Source: Priapulus caudatus (Eukaryota). Taken from it: DNA of 64,000 bases. Within the stretch, counting starts at the first letter, position 1. Every line of letters begins with the position of its first letter. This document shows positions 39,001-47,922 of the stretch, one piece after another. The translations under genes and the position numbers were made by a program. The notes under the pieces were generated by a model. It was not told the DNA's origin. It worked only from the letters and a program-made list of their open reading frames with translations, and did no database searches. Location: positions 37,021 to 101,020 of the forward strand of contig NW_014577075.1 in NCBI RefSeq assembly GCF_000485595.1, written 5' to 3'.

Positions 39001-41609
39001 GAGCGTGCGTGTCGGTGTCGTTTACAATTTAAAGACGCGCAACATTTCACTTTTACTTCCTCTGCTATAGCTAGACTGGCACTTACATCAATCTCTCGCA
39101 ACCCGCTAGCGACTTACCTTCGACAGGTATCGCGTGCCTTCGTCCATGACTGCTTTGATGGGAACCATCGGTAGCATCCCGAATTATATCCGTCTAGCTT
39201 ACGCCATTCTGCAAGCAAACGGCAAACATTCCGCGAATCCTTTACGACAACACGGCTACTCGCTAATTTCTTATGCGTGCAGAGTTCACTTCGCTGTCAG
39301 ATCCGCCAGATAGATTAGAGCGAATCAGGAAACAGAGGGCGGGTGAAATCTGTCGTAACCAAACACACACGTACACTTCGCTCGCATATAGCATAATTGC
39401 TACATGACCCAACTTTTGCATGTAATCAAGCGAAACAGCATCATAATCATCATCGACAGGAAATGGGAGATCTGACCGCAGTTCCGTCACTCTGTAGGTA
39501 CAATCTCCCGGTACTTGCATGTCTTCGCTCGCCGAATGATCACCATGCAATCTCAACGCGCTCCCGCCCGAACTTGTAAATAAAGTGACTCACTCCTGAC
39601 TCCAGTCAACCCCTGAAGGTAAACTAATCAGTACTGTCGGAGCAAAGATTATAAACCATATATATATATGTCACGCGAATCACGTATTCTTTCAATGGCT
39701 TCATAATCACTCTGTATGCAGCAGCGCGTACCGCGGGCATGAGAGATTCTATCTAAACACATCTAAAAAAGAGATGCATAATGCTATCTATCACGATCAT
39801 GTATGGAAATGTGAATGAGTATTTACGATTACCCGATATAAATAGAATATATTATATGACGCCCGAGAGGTGTGAGGGTGTACGTGAGGGTCGTTGCTTA
39901 TACGAATCTATCTTACAATTTAGGTCATCCGCGTTCCGTACGTTTCAAGCGCGCGCGTTGACGCGAGGTGTACGTGGTGGAGCGATGAGATATATACAGT
40001 GGGGTAGTTGCGGGGTGGGGCAAAGGGGGCCCCCCATTGTTGATCCAAAAGTTTTAAAAAAAATTTAAAAAAAATAAGAATTGTTCTACTAAAAAGAGAA
40101 TTGTCGTAGTCAGAATGAAGGCTGTACATGTACTCAAAGTGCCTCGAATACCATCTCCTGCGATCTACATTTTCAAAATTTTCTGGGGTAGGACCCCAAT
40201 ACACCCCCCCTCTCCCGCTTGTGTTTCACCCCATCCTCGTGATTCTGGATCCGCCATTGAACAGTTACATATCTTGGGAGCAGAGAACAACGAACACAAG
40301 TGTCGCCTTTTCACATGGCGCCCAAAACAAAGATTGCAGAGCTGAGAGATGTGGGAGCATAGCGTGTGGAGAGGGAGGCGGAGGAACCATTAAAATATTA
40401 AGTCATCCACTATTTTGCGCAGTTCGCTGTTTTTGCCCCCCCCCCCGTTAAAAAAATCCTGGCTACGCCACTGGATATATATCGTGTACGATTGATTTGT
40501 CAAGTTATTCCAACCATGTGTAGGTTTGCAAACTAACCACTAAAATTTTCACAAACCGCATAAAATTATATTCCAAATCAAAAACAAATACAAGTATATA
40601 TAATACCTGCGCTTCCTCCGCATACGCGAGGCGGAGTTGTATAGGGATGAACCCATGAGATCGCTACAAAGCGAGTTGAGGGGCATGCACGCATTACATG
40701 CGCCGTGCTATTGTGTGCGCCTGACGAGATAGCATGCAGCGTCGAAATGGGCTACTAAGCACAGGAATTGGGATTGGGTGCAATATAACGCGGCTGTGTA
40801 TGGGTGGGTGGATGAGGGCTGGCCGGGTCACGCAGCATATATCCTGCCCGCTCTCGCCACTCGTCGAATATATGCCAAACGACTGCTTACTCATCGTAAA
40901 ACACAAAAGGCGAGGTTCGTTCAACCACGTACGTATAGTTCAACCATCCCGTCAGGGGGAGTGAACGTAGGAGCACTTGCTTACTTTGAAGTGAGGCCGA
41001 GAGAGAGAGGGTGGGCGATACACGACATAGATAAGATGGCACACAGTGGTTCTATTTCCACAAATGCTGATTCACAATTGTAGATCTGCCTATACTATAT
41101 ATAGCCAGGCGGTTAATTACACAGAGCGACAGCTAGGACATAATAAACCTCGTATTTCTTGGAATTACGTCATATGGATTTGCATTTCATTGCGTGAAAT
41201 CAATTTAATTTGGAGATGAATCCAATACGATCACTGATGAGCGATAGTTTCAACATCCGATGTGCAGTGTCTCTAACTCTCGCTATTGGATTTACCTCGA
41301 AATTAAATTATTCCACGTAAATCCTTATTTTTGTATTAACAAAACTCGCAGCGCAACTATCAACAAATCAACAACCCGACGTGTTTTTTTCTAATTCGAT
41401 CACAAATAGAGATGCACGCATAATATTACTGCGACGAATGCGTGCATAGATTCTTTCCATAGAGCCTTCAACACGTGTCCTGCACCAGACGTACCTATAC
41501 ATACCTTACCTGTAGTGTGAGCCTGACAGCTGAATAGACATGCAAACACCACTATTATAGACATTTGAAACCCAGTGCGGACACTGGAGCCCCCATGCAC
41601 CCTCCCCAT
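468..41609 (-). CDS. uif: Uninflatable-like giant multidomain cell-surface protein, 66 coding exons in window, 3' end (TM/cytoplasmic tail) outside window
   Basis: GT-AG exons join in phase throughout, except corrupted exon 13 and displaced exons 49-50. Domain order CTL-LDLa-CUBx3-CCP-EGF-F5/8C-EGF-CCP-F5/8C-HYRx2-CCP-GCC2x3-EGFx14-LamG-EGF-HYR-CCP-GCC2-EGF matches Uif. Segment [12 protein letters not shown]...[15 protein letters not shown] resembles the Uif CCP as I recall it; not database-checked. Confidence 0.85.
1010..1138 (-). CDS. uif: exon 65: EGF
   Basis: TNECKSG...[12 protein letters not shown]. Confidence 0.93.
1572..1739 (-). CDS. uif: exon 64: GCC2/ephrin-receptor-like
   Basis: CRVGEYQP...GAT, phase 1-1. 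Confidence 0.93.
2267..2428 (-). CDS. uif: exon 63: GCC2/ephrin-receptor-like
   Basis: [10 protein letters not shown], phase 1-1. Confidence 0.92.
2814..3149 (-). CDS. uif: exon 62: GCC2/ephrin-receptor-like x2
   Basis: ORF 2803..3150, phase 1-1. Confidence 0.95.
3528..3718 (-). CDS. uif: exon 61
   Basis: phase 2-1, ends [12 protein letters not shown]. Confidence 0.9.
4155..4298 (-). CDS. uif: exon 60: unique region with RSKR
   Basis: phase 2-2. Confidence 0.88.
4703..4829 (-). CDS. uif: exon 59: unique region
   Basis: phase 1-2. Confidence 0.88.
4956..5089 (-). CDS. uif: exon 58: Sushi end (ECSIACE...[10 protein letters not shown]...FPACS)
   Basis: phase 2-1, joins exon 57 directly. Confidence 0.92.
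5692..5809 (-). CDS. uif: exon 50 intact copy, out of order ([11 protein letters not shown]...GRACDK)
   Basis: intact EGF with phase 0-1 sites; leads into exon 51, not exon 58. Confidence 0.85.
6161..6297 (-). CDS. uif: exon 49 intact copy, out of order (GYVGEGCQ...TGQNCN)
   Basis: intact EGF with phase 1-0 sites; continues exon 48, not exon 57. Confidence 0.85.
6556..6733 (-). CDS. uif: exon 57: HYR3 C-half and Sushi start (ends ...GNKYR, phase 2)
   Basis: phase 1-2, donor AG|GTGCCG. Confidence 0.9.
7032..7181 (-). CDS. uif: exon 56: HYR3 N-half ([11 protein letters not shown]...[11 protein letters not shown])
   Basis: phase 1-1. Confidence 0.93.
7784..7949 (-). CDS. uif: exon 55: pentraxin end and short EGF-like
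   Basis: phase 0-1. Confidence 0.9.
8379..8514 (-). CDS. uif: exon 54: LamG/pentraxin ([15 protein letters not shown])
   Basis: phase 2-0. Confidence 0.93.
8713..8839 (-). CDS. uif: exon 53: LamG/pentraxin ([11 protein letters not shown])
   Basis: phase 1-2. Confidence 0.93.
9177..9301 (-). CDS. uif: exon 52: LamG/pentraxin
   Basis: ...PVNDG, phase 2-1. Confidence 0.9.
9743..9908 (-). CDS. uif: exon 51: LamG/pentraxin start ([10 protein letters not shown]...LTVAMWVRF)
   Basis: phase 1-2. Confidence 0.92.
10266..10384 (-). pseudogene. uif: exon 50, indel-riddled copy in its expected colinear position
   Basis: aligns by eye to 5692-5809 with many 1-bp indels. Confidence 0.85.
10734..10864 (-). 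pseudogene. uif: exon 49, indel-riddled copy in its expected colinear position
   Basis: aligns by eye to 6161-6297 with many 1-bp indels. Confidence 0.85.
11296..11420 (-). CDS. uif: exon 48: EGF (ends ...CSCPR, phase 1)
   Basis: phase 2-1. Confidence 0.93.
12013..12206 (-). CDS. uif: exon 47: EGF x2
   Basis: phase 0-2. Confidence 0.93.
12460..12587 (-). CDS. uif: exon 46: EGF
   Basis: phase 1-0. Confidence 0.93.
13183..13334 (-). CDS. uif: exon 45: EGF
   Basis: phase 2-1. Confidence 0.93.
13576..13657 (-). CDS. uif: exon 44: EGF
   Basis: [15 protein letters not shown], phase 1-2. Confidence 0.9.
13829..14032 (-). CDS. uif: exon 43: EGF x2
   Basis: phase 1-1. Confidence 0.95.
14675..14814 (-). 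CDS. uif: exon 42: EGF
   Basis: phase 2-1. Confidence 0.93.
15337..15466 (-). CDS. uif: exon 41: EGF
   Basis: phase 1-2. Confidence 0.93.
15930..16121 (-). CDS. uif: exon 40: EGF 1-2 of central array
   Basis: six-Cys EGF spacing, phase 1-1. Confidence 0.95.
16833..17000 (-). CDS. uif: exon 39: GCC2/ephrin-receptor-like
   Basis: [14 protein letters not shown]. Confidence 0.92.
17330..17500 (-). CDS. uif: exon 38: GCC2/ephrin-receptor-like
   Basis: [12 protein letters not shown]. Confidence 0.93.
17777..17935 (-). CDS. uif: exon 37: GCC2/ephrin-receptor-like
   Basis: CPAGTY...CPLGTF...CIPCP. Confidence 0.93.
18367..18607 (-). CDS. uif: exon 36: unique region
   Basis: ORF 18359..18604, phase 0-1. 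Confidence 0.88.
19067..19367 (-). CDS. uif: exon 35: Sushi end and unique region
   Basis: C-terminal part of ORF 19004..19813, phase 2-0. Confidence 0.9.
19405..19810. repeat. degenerate (GTGTG)n pentamer tract
   Basis: direct reading. Confidence 0.95.
19918..20038 (-). CDS. uif: exon 34: Sushi-like
   Basis: [12 protein letters not shown]...CDPGFR, phase 1-2. Confidence 0.9.
20442..20570 (-). CDS. uif: exon 33: HYR2 C-half
   Basis: [19 protein letters not shown]. Confidence 0.88.
20846..20965 (-). CDS. uif: exon 32: HYR2 N-half
   Basis: [11 protein letters not shown]...AFDASG. Confidence 0.88.
21325..21462 (-). CDS. uif: exon 31: HYR1 C-half
   Basis: [15 protein letters not shown]. Confidence 0.92.
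22112..22225 (-). CDS. uif: exon 30: HYR1 N-half
   Basis: PRFVNCP...PVAEDNSG. Confidence 0.9.
22769..22964 (-). CDS. uif: exon 29: F5/8C end and CCP completion (GWNASTPMC)
   Basis: phase 0-1. Confidence 0.9.
23488..23625 (-). CDS. uif: exon 28: F5/8C ([14 protein letters not shown])
   Basis: phase 0-0. Confidence 0.9.
23978..24040 (-). CDS. uif: exon 27: F5/8C ([10 protein letters not shown])
   Basis: phase 0-0, parallels exon 18. Confidence 0.85.
24351..24442 (-). CDS. uif: exon 26: start of second F5/8C
   Basis: [11 protein letters not shown], phase 1-0. Confidence 0.8.
24761..24898 (-). CDS. uif: exon 25: Sushi/CCP (N-part)
   Basis: [10 protein letters not shown]...SYEEG-like TYEEG...CRKPGY, phase 1-1. 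Confidence 0.92.
25333..25533 (-). CDS. uif: exon 24: Sushi/CCP
   Basis: IDCGTP...WEFGSLRCE, phase 1-1. Confidence 0.93.
25784..26002 (-). CDS. uif: exon 23: divergent Sushi/CCP
   Basis: NVTITC...RECVY...[10 protein letters not shown], phase 1-1. Confidence 0.9.
26073..26245. repeat. (GATGAG)n low-complexity tract
   Basis: direct reading. Confidence 0.9.
26631..26810 (-). CDS. uif: exon 22: Sushi/CCP
   Basis: [10 protein letters not shown]...FKCNFGY...W...PPTC. Confidence 0.95.
27200..27391 (-). CDS. uif: exon 21: cbEGF with insertion
   Basis: DVDECQLG...CHNIPGS...FNKTCV, phase 1-1. Confidence 0.93.
27608..27770 (-). CDS. uif: exon 20: F5/8 type C end
   Basis: PIPVRARH...CMRMEIYGC, phase 0-1. 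Confidence 0.92.
28160..28318 (-). CDS. uif: exon 19: F5/8 type C
   Basis: VDLGAP...[12 protein letters not shown], phase 0-0. Confidence 0.92.
28667..28738 (-). CDS. uif: exon 18: F5/8 type C
   Basis: [12 protein letters not shown]...NWVM, phase 0-0. Confidence 0.88.
29101..29315 (-). CDS. uif: exon 17: cbEGF and start of F5/8C
   Basis: DVNEC...[10 protein letters not shown], phase 1-0. Confidence 0.93.
29779..29952 (-). CDS. uif: exon 16: Sushi/CCP
   Basis: [10 protein letters not shown]...CYPGYQLIG, phase 1-1. Confidence 0.93.
30030..30655. mobile_element. degenerate non-autonomous DNA transposon (Tc1/pogo-like ends)
   Basis: left TA-CAGGCTTATAATCTTTTATCCGAAA loosely complementary to right TTCGGAATTACAGATAAGGGATTGTGGG. 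Confidence 0.4.
31084..31266 (-). CDS. uif: exon 15: Sushi/CCP
   Basis: [14 protein letters not shown]...[14 protein letters not shown], phase 1-1. Confidence 0.93.
31304..31510. repeat. intronic (CTG/CTA)n trinucleotide tract
   Basis: direct reading. Confidence 0.97.
31619..31801 (-). CDS. uif: exon 14: Sushi/CCP
   Basis: [12 protein letters not shown]...[13 protein letters not shown], phase 1-1. Confidence 0.95.
32372..32571 (-). CDS. uif: exon 13: Sushi/CCP, frameshifted as assembled (boundaries approximate)
   Basis: fragments DC..APAIGPN / CQDGGH*S / PQCA in different frames, at the position where a CCP is expected. Confidence 0.65.
33355..33526 (-). CDS. uif: exon 12: CUB3 C-half
   Basis: [13 protein letters not shown]...GYNANF, phase 0-1. 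Confidence 0.92.
33772..33941 (-). CDS. uif: exon 11: CUB3 N-half
   Basis: SGNLFSP...YP...CYWTV, phase 1-0. Confidence 0.92.
34437..34638 (-). CDS. uif: exon 10: CUB2 C-half
   Basis: DYLRIRDG...[13 protein letters not shown]...GF, phase 0-1. Confidence 0.92.
35053..35195 (-). CDS. uif: exon 9: CUB2 N-half
   Basis: [18 protein letters not shown], phase 1-0. Confidence 0.9.
35696..35906 (-). CDS. uif: exon 8: CUB1 C-half
   Basis: [10 protein letters not shown]...[16 protein letters not shown], phase 0-1. Confidence 0.92.
36640..36770 (-). CDS. uif: exon 7: CUB1 N-half
   Basis: [10 protein letters not shown]...CQWTI, phase 1-0. Confidence 0.92.
37038..37365. mobile_element. hairpin MITE; partial left-arm copies at about 55110-55245 and 57915-58015
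   Basis: long imperfect inverted arms (AAATGCTCATCTGCAACACACT / AGTGTGTTGCAGATGAGCATTT); ACCAAAGTCTTAATGTTTCTCTAC shared across loci. Confidence 0.8.
37462..37572 (-). CDS. uif: exon 6: LDL-receptor class A (CTNGKCI...[13 protein letters not shown])
   Basis: canonical LDLa motif, phase 1-1. Confidence 0.95.
37780..37974. mobile_element. MITE with TIR AGGGGCGTGTACAGG / CCTGTACACGCCCTT
   Basis: TIRs plus flanking GGAGCCC direct repeat (37773-79, 37975-81). Confidence 0.8.
38213..38428 (-). CDS. uif: exon 5: C-type lectin end (LWTDGS...EPD...LPFVCE)
   Basis: ORF 38193..38495, phase 1-1. Confidence 0.9.
38694..38788 (-). CDS. uif: exon 4: C-type lectin (YGASLVKV...ENEFI...YWIG)
   Basis: CTL WIG motif, phase 2-1. 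Confidence 0.9.
39118..39208 (-). CDS. uif: exon 3: C-type lectin ([15 protein letters not shown]...[10 protein letters not shown])
   Basis: CTL motif, phase 1-2 GT-AG. Confidence 0.9.
40607..40663 (-). CDS. uif: exon 2: linker with first CTL Cys ([18 protein letters not shown])
   Basis: TTTGTAG acceptor, G|GTATTA donor, phase 1-1, supplies the Cys before the CTL W. Confidence 0.6.
41510..41609 (-). CDS. uif: exon 1: start and signal peptide (MGRVHGGSS...[18 protein letters not shown])
   Basis: ATG, hydrophobic core, donor G|GTAAGG phase 1. Confidence 0.65.
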
Positions 41610-42379
41610 TTTTTTCGATGTGCGAATACAGACAGATCTCCTGGCCCAGTTTTTCCACCATGGTCAGAGAATGCATGTTTGTCTTAGCTAATGATAGCTG
41701 TTGTCGGGAGTAGTCGCGTATGTGTATTTCTCTGTCTCTGCACTACCTATGCTATAGTGACCCTGCTTATATAGTTAACCACATACTGCCTGGCATGGTT
41801 AGTGGTTACTATATACGGTAACTACGTATATAGTTACCATATAGTAACTATTACCCATGCCATGAATCCAGTTATCCCCATCTGCGGTCCGTGCTCAATG
41901 TCACTGCCACGCCCAAGGCCAACCTGTGTAATATCAGGATGGTAATATGCATCTCCAATCACAATAATAATAATATCAGGAGTGTATTGATACACTCCTG
42001 ATAATATTGCAGCAGTTATAACCATGTCGCCTGGTCCGTGCACTGACACAGGATATAGTGATTAACATAACAATTGGCAGATATTTCCTATGATGGGCTA
42101 ACAAAGCTAATACGTTAATTGTTCACCATCTGGTTAGGGTTGAGATTAGGGCATCGGGATTTTGGTTGTGAGCGGTCCACCTAACCTTACTTCTTACCAT
42201 AGCCCGACCGGCTGCGAGACCAATTATTGTCAAGACACATGCATGGTCTCCAACCATGTCTTGTGTAACCTCGCAGTCGCCGACTGTTTCTTTGAGTTAA
42301 ATTAACCGCAACACCGTCCCTATACTTAATCACTCTAGCCTAAACAGTAACTAACTAAACGACAACTATACTTATGGTC

Positions 42380-42830
42380 TAACCCCAACATTAACCCTAA
42401 CCATAACCATAACCTTCATCTGAACTGCAACACCGCTTAAGCCCAATTTTTTCATAAATAATAACTCTAACCCTTATCAGGACCTAACCTTCACCTTTAC
42501 ATAAACTCCAATCCTGACATACCCCTAACCCTTACACTAATCCTAATCATGACCTATCCCTAACACTTACATTTATCCTAATCATGACCTAACTCTAACC
42601 CTAACACTAACTCTAACCCTAACCCTAAACCTAACCCTTACATTAATCCTAATCATGACCTAACCCTAACCCTTATCCTAACCCTAATCCTAACCCTTAC
42701 ATTATTCCTAATCATAACCTAGCTATCCCTAACCCTTACATTAATCCTAATCATGACCTAACCCTAACACTTACATTGATCCTAATCATGACCTATCTCT
42801 AACCCTAACATTAGAGTCATTAGACCCATA
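42380..42830. repeat. degenerate interstitial (CCCTAA)-like hexamer array with higher-order unit CCTTACATTAATCCTAATCATGACCTAACCCTAA
   Basis: direct reading. Confidence 0.9.
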
Positions 42831-42832
42831 AC

Positions 42833-42972
42833 CTTGATATCAACGCCACGCTGCACAATACGTTCGTCCTGCAGGGCCATCGTACATACCATATACACAG
42901 GCTCACTATCTTCACTGTCTTCAACGCTACGTACGTACTCGTTACAGACACTAGGATCGTATCTTCTCCGCC
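42833..42972 (-). CDS. candidate exon of unknown function (RRRYDPSVCNEY...VDIK)
   Basis: open AG...GT interval, phase 1-0, compatible with 47712 donor. Confidence 0.3.
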
Positions 42973-43189
42973 CTACTACGTACGAACTTTCACTTATTAT
43001 ACAGTGTATGGCGATTGGCAAGGACTTAATGAGGAAGAACTGGTTTCGTGCACGTACTGCATGCCCTAGGCGAATAGTTTCTCTCCTCATATTTATGCGA
43101 GCGCACAAACTTGTCCTGAGATAATGCTGCGAGAATGGGCGGTTTTGGTATATGCATCCTGTGCTTTTATATCATAATATTATAGACAA

Positions 43190-43467
43190 TATATATATAT
43201 TATACTATATACTATATATAGAGAGAGAGAGAAAAGGACGGAGCAGAGAAAATGAGAGAAGAGCAAAGAGGTAGGGCTGGGGCGAGAAGAGAAGAGAAGT
43301 GAGAGACGAGAGAGAGAGAAATACGAGAAGAGAGAGGAGAGATAGAGAGAGCAGAGATGAGAGAGATTAGAGAGAGAGAGAGAGAGAGTAGGAGAACGTG
43401 GAGAGAGAGAGATGAGGACTGAGCAGAGAGAATGAGAGAGCAGAGAGAGAGAGAGAGCAGAGCACTG

Positions 43468-43531
<64 letters not shown>

Positions 43532-44900
43532 GAGGAGAGACGCAGGACGAGAGAGCAGAGAGAGAGCACGAGGCATGAGAGAGAGAGAGAGAGAGGAGAG
43601 AGGTGGGGTTTGGTGATGATGGCATGGAACGATGGATGGATGGCATGGATGATGGGCATGGATGGAATGGTATGGAATGGAATGGATGGATGGATGGTGG
43701 ATGGCATGGATGGCATGGATGGATGGAGGATGGATGGTGGAATGGATGGATGGATGGATGATGGGATGAGTGAATGATGGATGGATGGTTATGGAGGTGG
43801 ATGGAGGATAGGATGGATGCGATGGATGGATGATGGGCATGGAATGTGTGATGGATGGATGAGAATGGATGGATGGCATGGTGGATGGATAGATGGAATG
43901 GTCATGGAGTTGGTATGGAGATGGAATGGAATGGCGATGACTGGAATGGATGGCATGAGATGGATGGATGGATGGATGATGGGCTATGGATGGATGCGAT
44001 GGATGGATGGATGATGGATGGATGGTATGGAGATGGATGGATGGATGGATAGATGGATAGATGGATGGAATGGATAGGAATGGCATGGCAATGGTATGGG
44101 ATGATGGGGATGGTATGGATGAATGGAATGGATGGTGGATGATGGATGATGGAATGGATGGCATGCGATGGAATGGATAATGGAATGGAATGGGATGATG
44201 CGATGGATGGATGGATTGGATGGCCATTAGATGGAATGGAATGGATGGCATGGCATGGATGGAATGGATGGATGGAATGGAATGGATGGATGTGGATCGA
44301 TGGGATGGATGAATGGATGAGATGATGGCTATGGAATGCTGGATGGATGAATGGATGATGGGAATGGACTTGATGGAATGATGGATGGACATGGAATGGA
44401 TGGTGCATGGATATGGATGGATGGTCATGGCCATGGATGGACGATGGCATGGAGAGATAGATTAGATAAGTAGATAGATAGCATAGGATAGATAGATAGA
44501 TAGATAGATAAGATAGATAGATAAATAGAATAGCATACGATAGATAGAGTAGATAGTAGATAAATCAGATAATAGATAGATAGCATAGATAGATAGATAG
44601 ATAAGACTAGTAATCAGATCGGATCCGACTCGATCGAGTCGATTCGCATCGATCGAATCGATCGTATGAGATGGATGGATGGATGGAGTGGATGGTACAT
44701 GGATGGATGGATGGATGGATGGATGATGCATGGATGGATAGATAGTAAATGATAGATAGATAGATAGATAGCATAGATAGATAGAATATGATAAGTAGCA
44801 TAGATAGATAGTATAGATAGGCTAGATAGAATTAGATAGATAGATAGAGTAGACTGATGATAGATAGAATAGATAGACTAGATTAATAGTAGATGTAGAT
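43190..44900. repeat. compound microsatellite (TA)-(AG)-(GATG/GAATG)-(GATA)
   Basis: direct reading. Confidence 0.97.
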
Positions 44901-45419
44901 AGCTAATAGGAAACAGCGAGAGAGAAGACGTAGAGAGTGAGGTGAGGATGGGCGAGACAGGGCGGGAGATAGGGCGGGAGGCATTAAGAGGGCGGCAGAG
45001 CGGCGCAGCAATAGCGAGAAGGTAGTGGGAATCGACAGAAGTGTGCAGAAGTGCGAGGCGAAGCTGGGCAGCAGTATGAGTCGTGTAAGGCACGAACGCA
45101 ATACGAAGAAGAGCTAAGTAAAAAGGTTGATGCTATCGGTGAGTAAACATACAGAAGCAGTACCGATAATACGTTTCTCCCGTTTTTTCTGTTCAATGAC
45201 CTCCTACGATGCAACACACTAATGCAGCGTGACCTGGCAAAATGGAATAGTGTGTAAAAACTCTGTCTTCCCGGATCACGGTGCATGCATGTAGTTAACA
45301 CACATAATAGTCTACAGGGCGGAACATTCTGTTATAAACGAGAAACATGTTAATTTATCCGCAAGGAGGTAAATACATCTAGCATTAATTTACTTTTAAA
45401 ATCGATTCAACTATCGCGA

Positions 45420-46275
45420 TATATATTATACAAGAGCGATAATACCTGAGTGTACAAACGGAAAACACGGAACATGTGCTATTCACAGATCAGATTGATT
45501 TACTTTGCTGGAGTCTAGAATAATTTCATGGCTATTGCATTAGCCGAAATTCCTTGCTCTCTGACACAAAGACCAACCGCTTGTCAATACCGATATCTGC
45601 TGAGGGCTGAGATATCGGCTCCTAAACCTCCCCTCTCACATGCCAAACGCCGCCTCGTGATCGCACGTTCTGCACCATCCTACACGCGGGTAGACATTTT
45701 GGCTATCGGTTTCCTCACACTTGGCGAGCGCTGATAATGTGAATTATATGACCCCAATTTGGTACTCGTGTTACTACACTGAGCTAACTGAGGCTGCGTT
45801 GTTTTAAAAACTTGATGGACGCCGGCTCCATCAAGGACGGGCATTAAGCGTTGCTAGAGAAGATAATGGAAGATAAGGGCATAGGCGATGCCCCCGAATG
45901 TCACCGTATGATAACCGAAGCACGTCCCATTGATAAATTTCATAACCGGAAATAACCCGAACTTTCAGACTCAAACGCTTAGCGCGATGTAGGCATGGTG
46001 CAGAAGTGGAGTATACGAGGGGCGTTTGGCATTGGGAGTCGGAGGTTCTAAGGAGCCGAATCTTCCGCCTATAGAGGTATTCGTATTGATCAAGCGGTTG
46101 GTTTGTTTTTAGAGAGAGCAAAAGAATTGCTGCTTTATGCAAGTTACCATGAAATTATTCTAGACTCGCAGGCAAGTTAGCTAGAATAATGTAGTTCGTG
46201 AATAGCATATCTTTCCAGGTTTTTTCCGGGTTGCTGACAACTCTAGGTATTATCCGCTCTCTGATATATTAATAT
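45420..46275. mobile_element. TA-flanked foldback element with about 280-bp imperfect arms
   Basis: 45420-45700 is the reverse complement of about 45985-46275 (e.g. GAGTCTAGAATAATTTCATGG / CCATGAAATTATTCTAGACTC). Confidence 0.75.
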
Positions 46276-46340
46276 AAACGTATATAATTATTTATATATT
46301 AGTATAGCAAGTCGAGAGAGAGAGAGCAGACAGGGGAGAG

Positions 46341-46377
<37 letters not shown>

Positions 46378-47711
46378 AGGAGAGAGAGAAATCCTTCAGA
46401 TTCTAAATTCTAAAAGCGTTGCATCGCAGATATTATACGTATAGAAATACACGAAACAACGAAGTTTGTTCGCTCAAGCTGTGCACGTGACAATCGACGC
46501 TAAGTGGGGGTCCAGTTCTATGATGAAAGAGGTAAATCGTATCTTTAAATCTTCGCGTTTATACATAAGGAAGCGTTATAGAGCATATCCGCATTATGAT
46601 GATTCCACTCAGACTCCGCCGTAGACTGTCCTGCACGATCTTCGCCACACAATGCTCGCACACGTGTAACGCAAATACAACAGCGGCTGTTCACATTCCT
46701 ATATACAGTTGTGTACACTACCGTAAACTGGAGCGAGTAATTCGTAAAATCGGCGTTACTTTCCCCCGTGCCGTGCTCGGAGTTGTTATTTCGGTTGTTC
46801 AAGTGTATACATATGTGCGTTCGTAGCGTGAAACACGCAAAACGCACGTAATTTCACGTTACGTAAGTCCGCGTGACACACATACCTTTTAAACCGCAAA
46901 TCAAGTCAAATTTTGACAAATTAGGTTTGTTTTAGATGCTAATTACATAATTACAGAATTAATTTGTATCACTGGATAGATTGTGTATGGATTATAAGGT
47001 TACATAAGTAACATGAAAGATTTCTACTAATTATAAAATTACAGTCAGTCTTTCTTATTATTCGTTAGTAATCATTATGACAGCCGAGGAAATTAATGGA
47101 TTATCACAAGATTAAAATAGTACGTACCTTGTGGGCATTTAAATTGGAACATCTCAGCATCCTGAAAATAAATATTTAAAAAAATCAGTGTTACTCGCGA
47201 TTATAGATCTACATCTACATCGCCCAGTGCTTACAATAGACGGGAAAATTTAAATTGAACATAATTGCGTAAATTATATCATCACAGTGACTGAGTCACG
47301 ATGACAACTAGGAGATTTATACTCATTTCACATGCGCTGCTTTTTGTCGTACATGTAAGCGTGGAATGGTGCGGGTCGTGATTGGATCAGTTATTCAGTA
47401 AACTAAGTTATCATATTCAGTAAACCAGGTTGACGAGGTGACGCGGGGAATAGGACGTGTGTAACCTTGCAGGAGCCGCACTATTCTGCCCCGTAACGGT
47501 ACGATAGTCGTGTCCGACCGGTTATATGATTCACAACGACAGGTAAAATCGTAGCTAAGCGGGAAAAGGGGTTATACACACACCTGCGCGCACTTACGTA
47601 CGCACGTACGCGTAGTTTTATCGCTTCGGTTGATAGTTACTGAAGTGATGCCTGTAACTCTTTCTCATTTTGCCGTTTGATTGGATAGTATAGTTATGTT
47701 CCTAACTGTAC

Positions 47712-47922
47712 CTAGTTTTTGGCACACGAACGCGACGACAGATCTATTGAGATTCGAACATTCAGTCTGATTGTAATACGAACACGATTGGTGGTGCAAC
47801 TTTCCGTGTCTCGGCAGACTGACGGGATCTCTCGTTACGTCAGAGTCTGCGCGCACTTCAACGGCGTCTGGTGAGCGGAAATTCGGTTTACGCATACCAA
47901 CATCCCCATGCATCCACATTCC
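47712..47922 (-). CDS. candidate exon resembling C-type lectin C-terminus (GKLHHQSC...AFVCQK)
   Basis: open 211-nt AG...GT interval, phase 0-1. Confidence 0.4.

Noticed and set aside
39594..39612. Possible 19-nt microexon (CTTCAG|GGGTTGACTGGAGTCAGGA|GTGAGT)
   Set aside because: Would shift the frame between exons 2 and 3, with no other support. A poison-exon role cannot be excluded.
42380..42830. Chromosome end or true telomere
   Set aside because: Degenerate, short, and flanked by unique sequence on both sides.
43180..44450. Longest ORFs in the track (355, 182, 178 aa; His/Pro/Ser-rich)
   Set aside because: Translations of GATG and AG microsatellites, with no domain content.
44615..44665. 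GATC-rich mini-palindromes inside the GATA tract
   Set aside because: Explained by degenerate (GATC)n within a noisy compound microsatellite.
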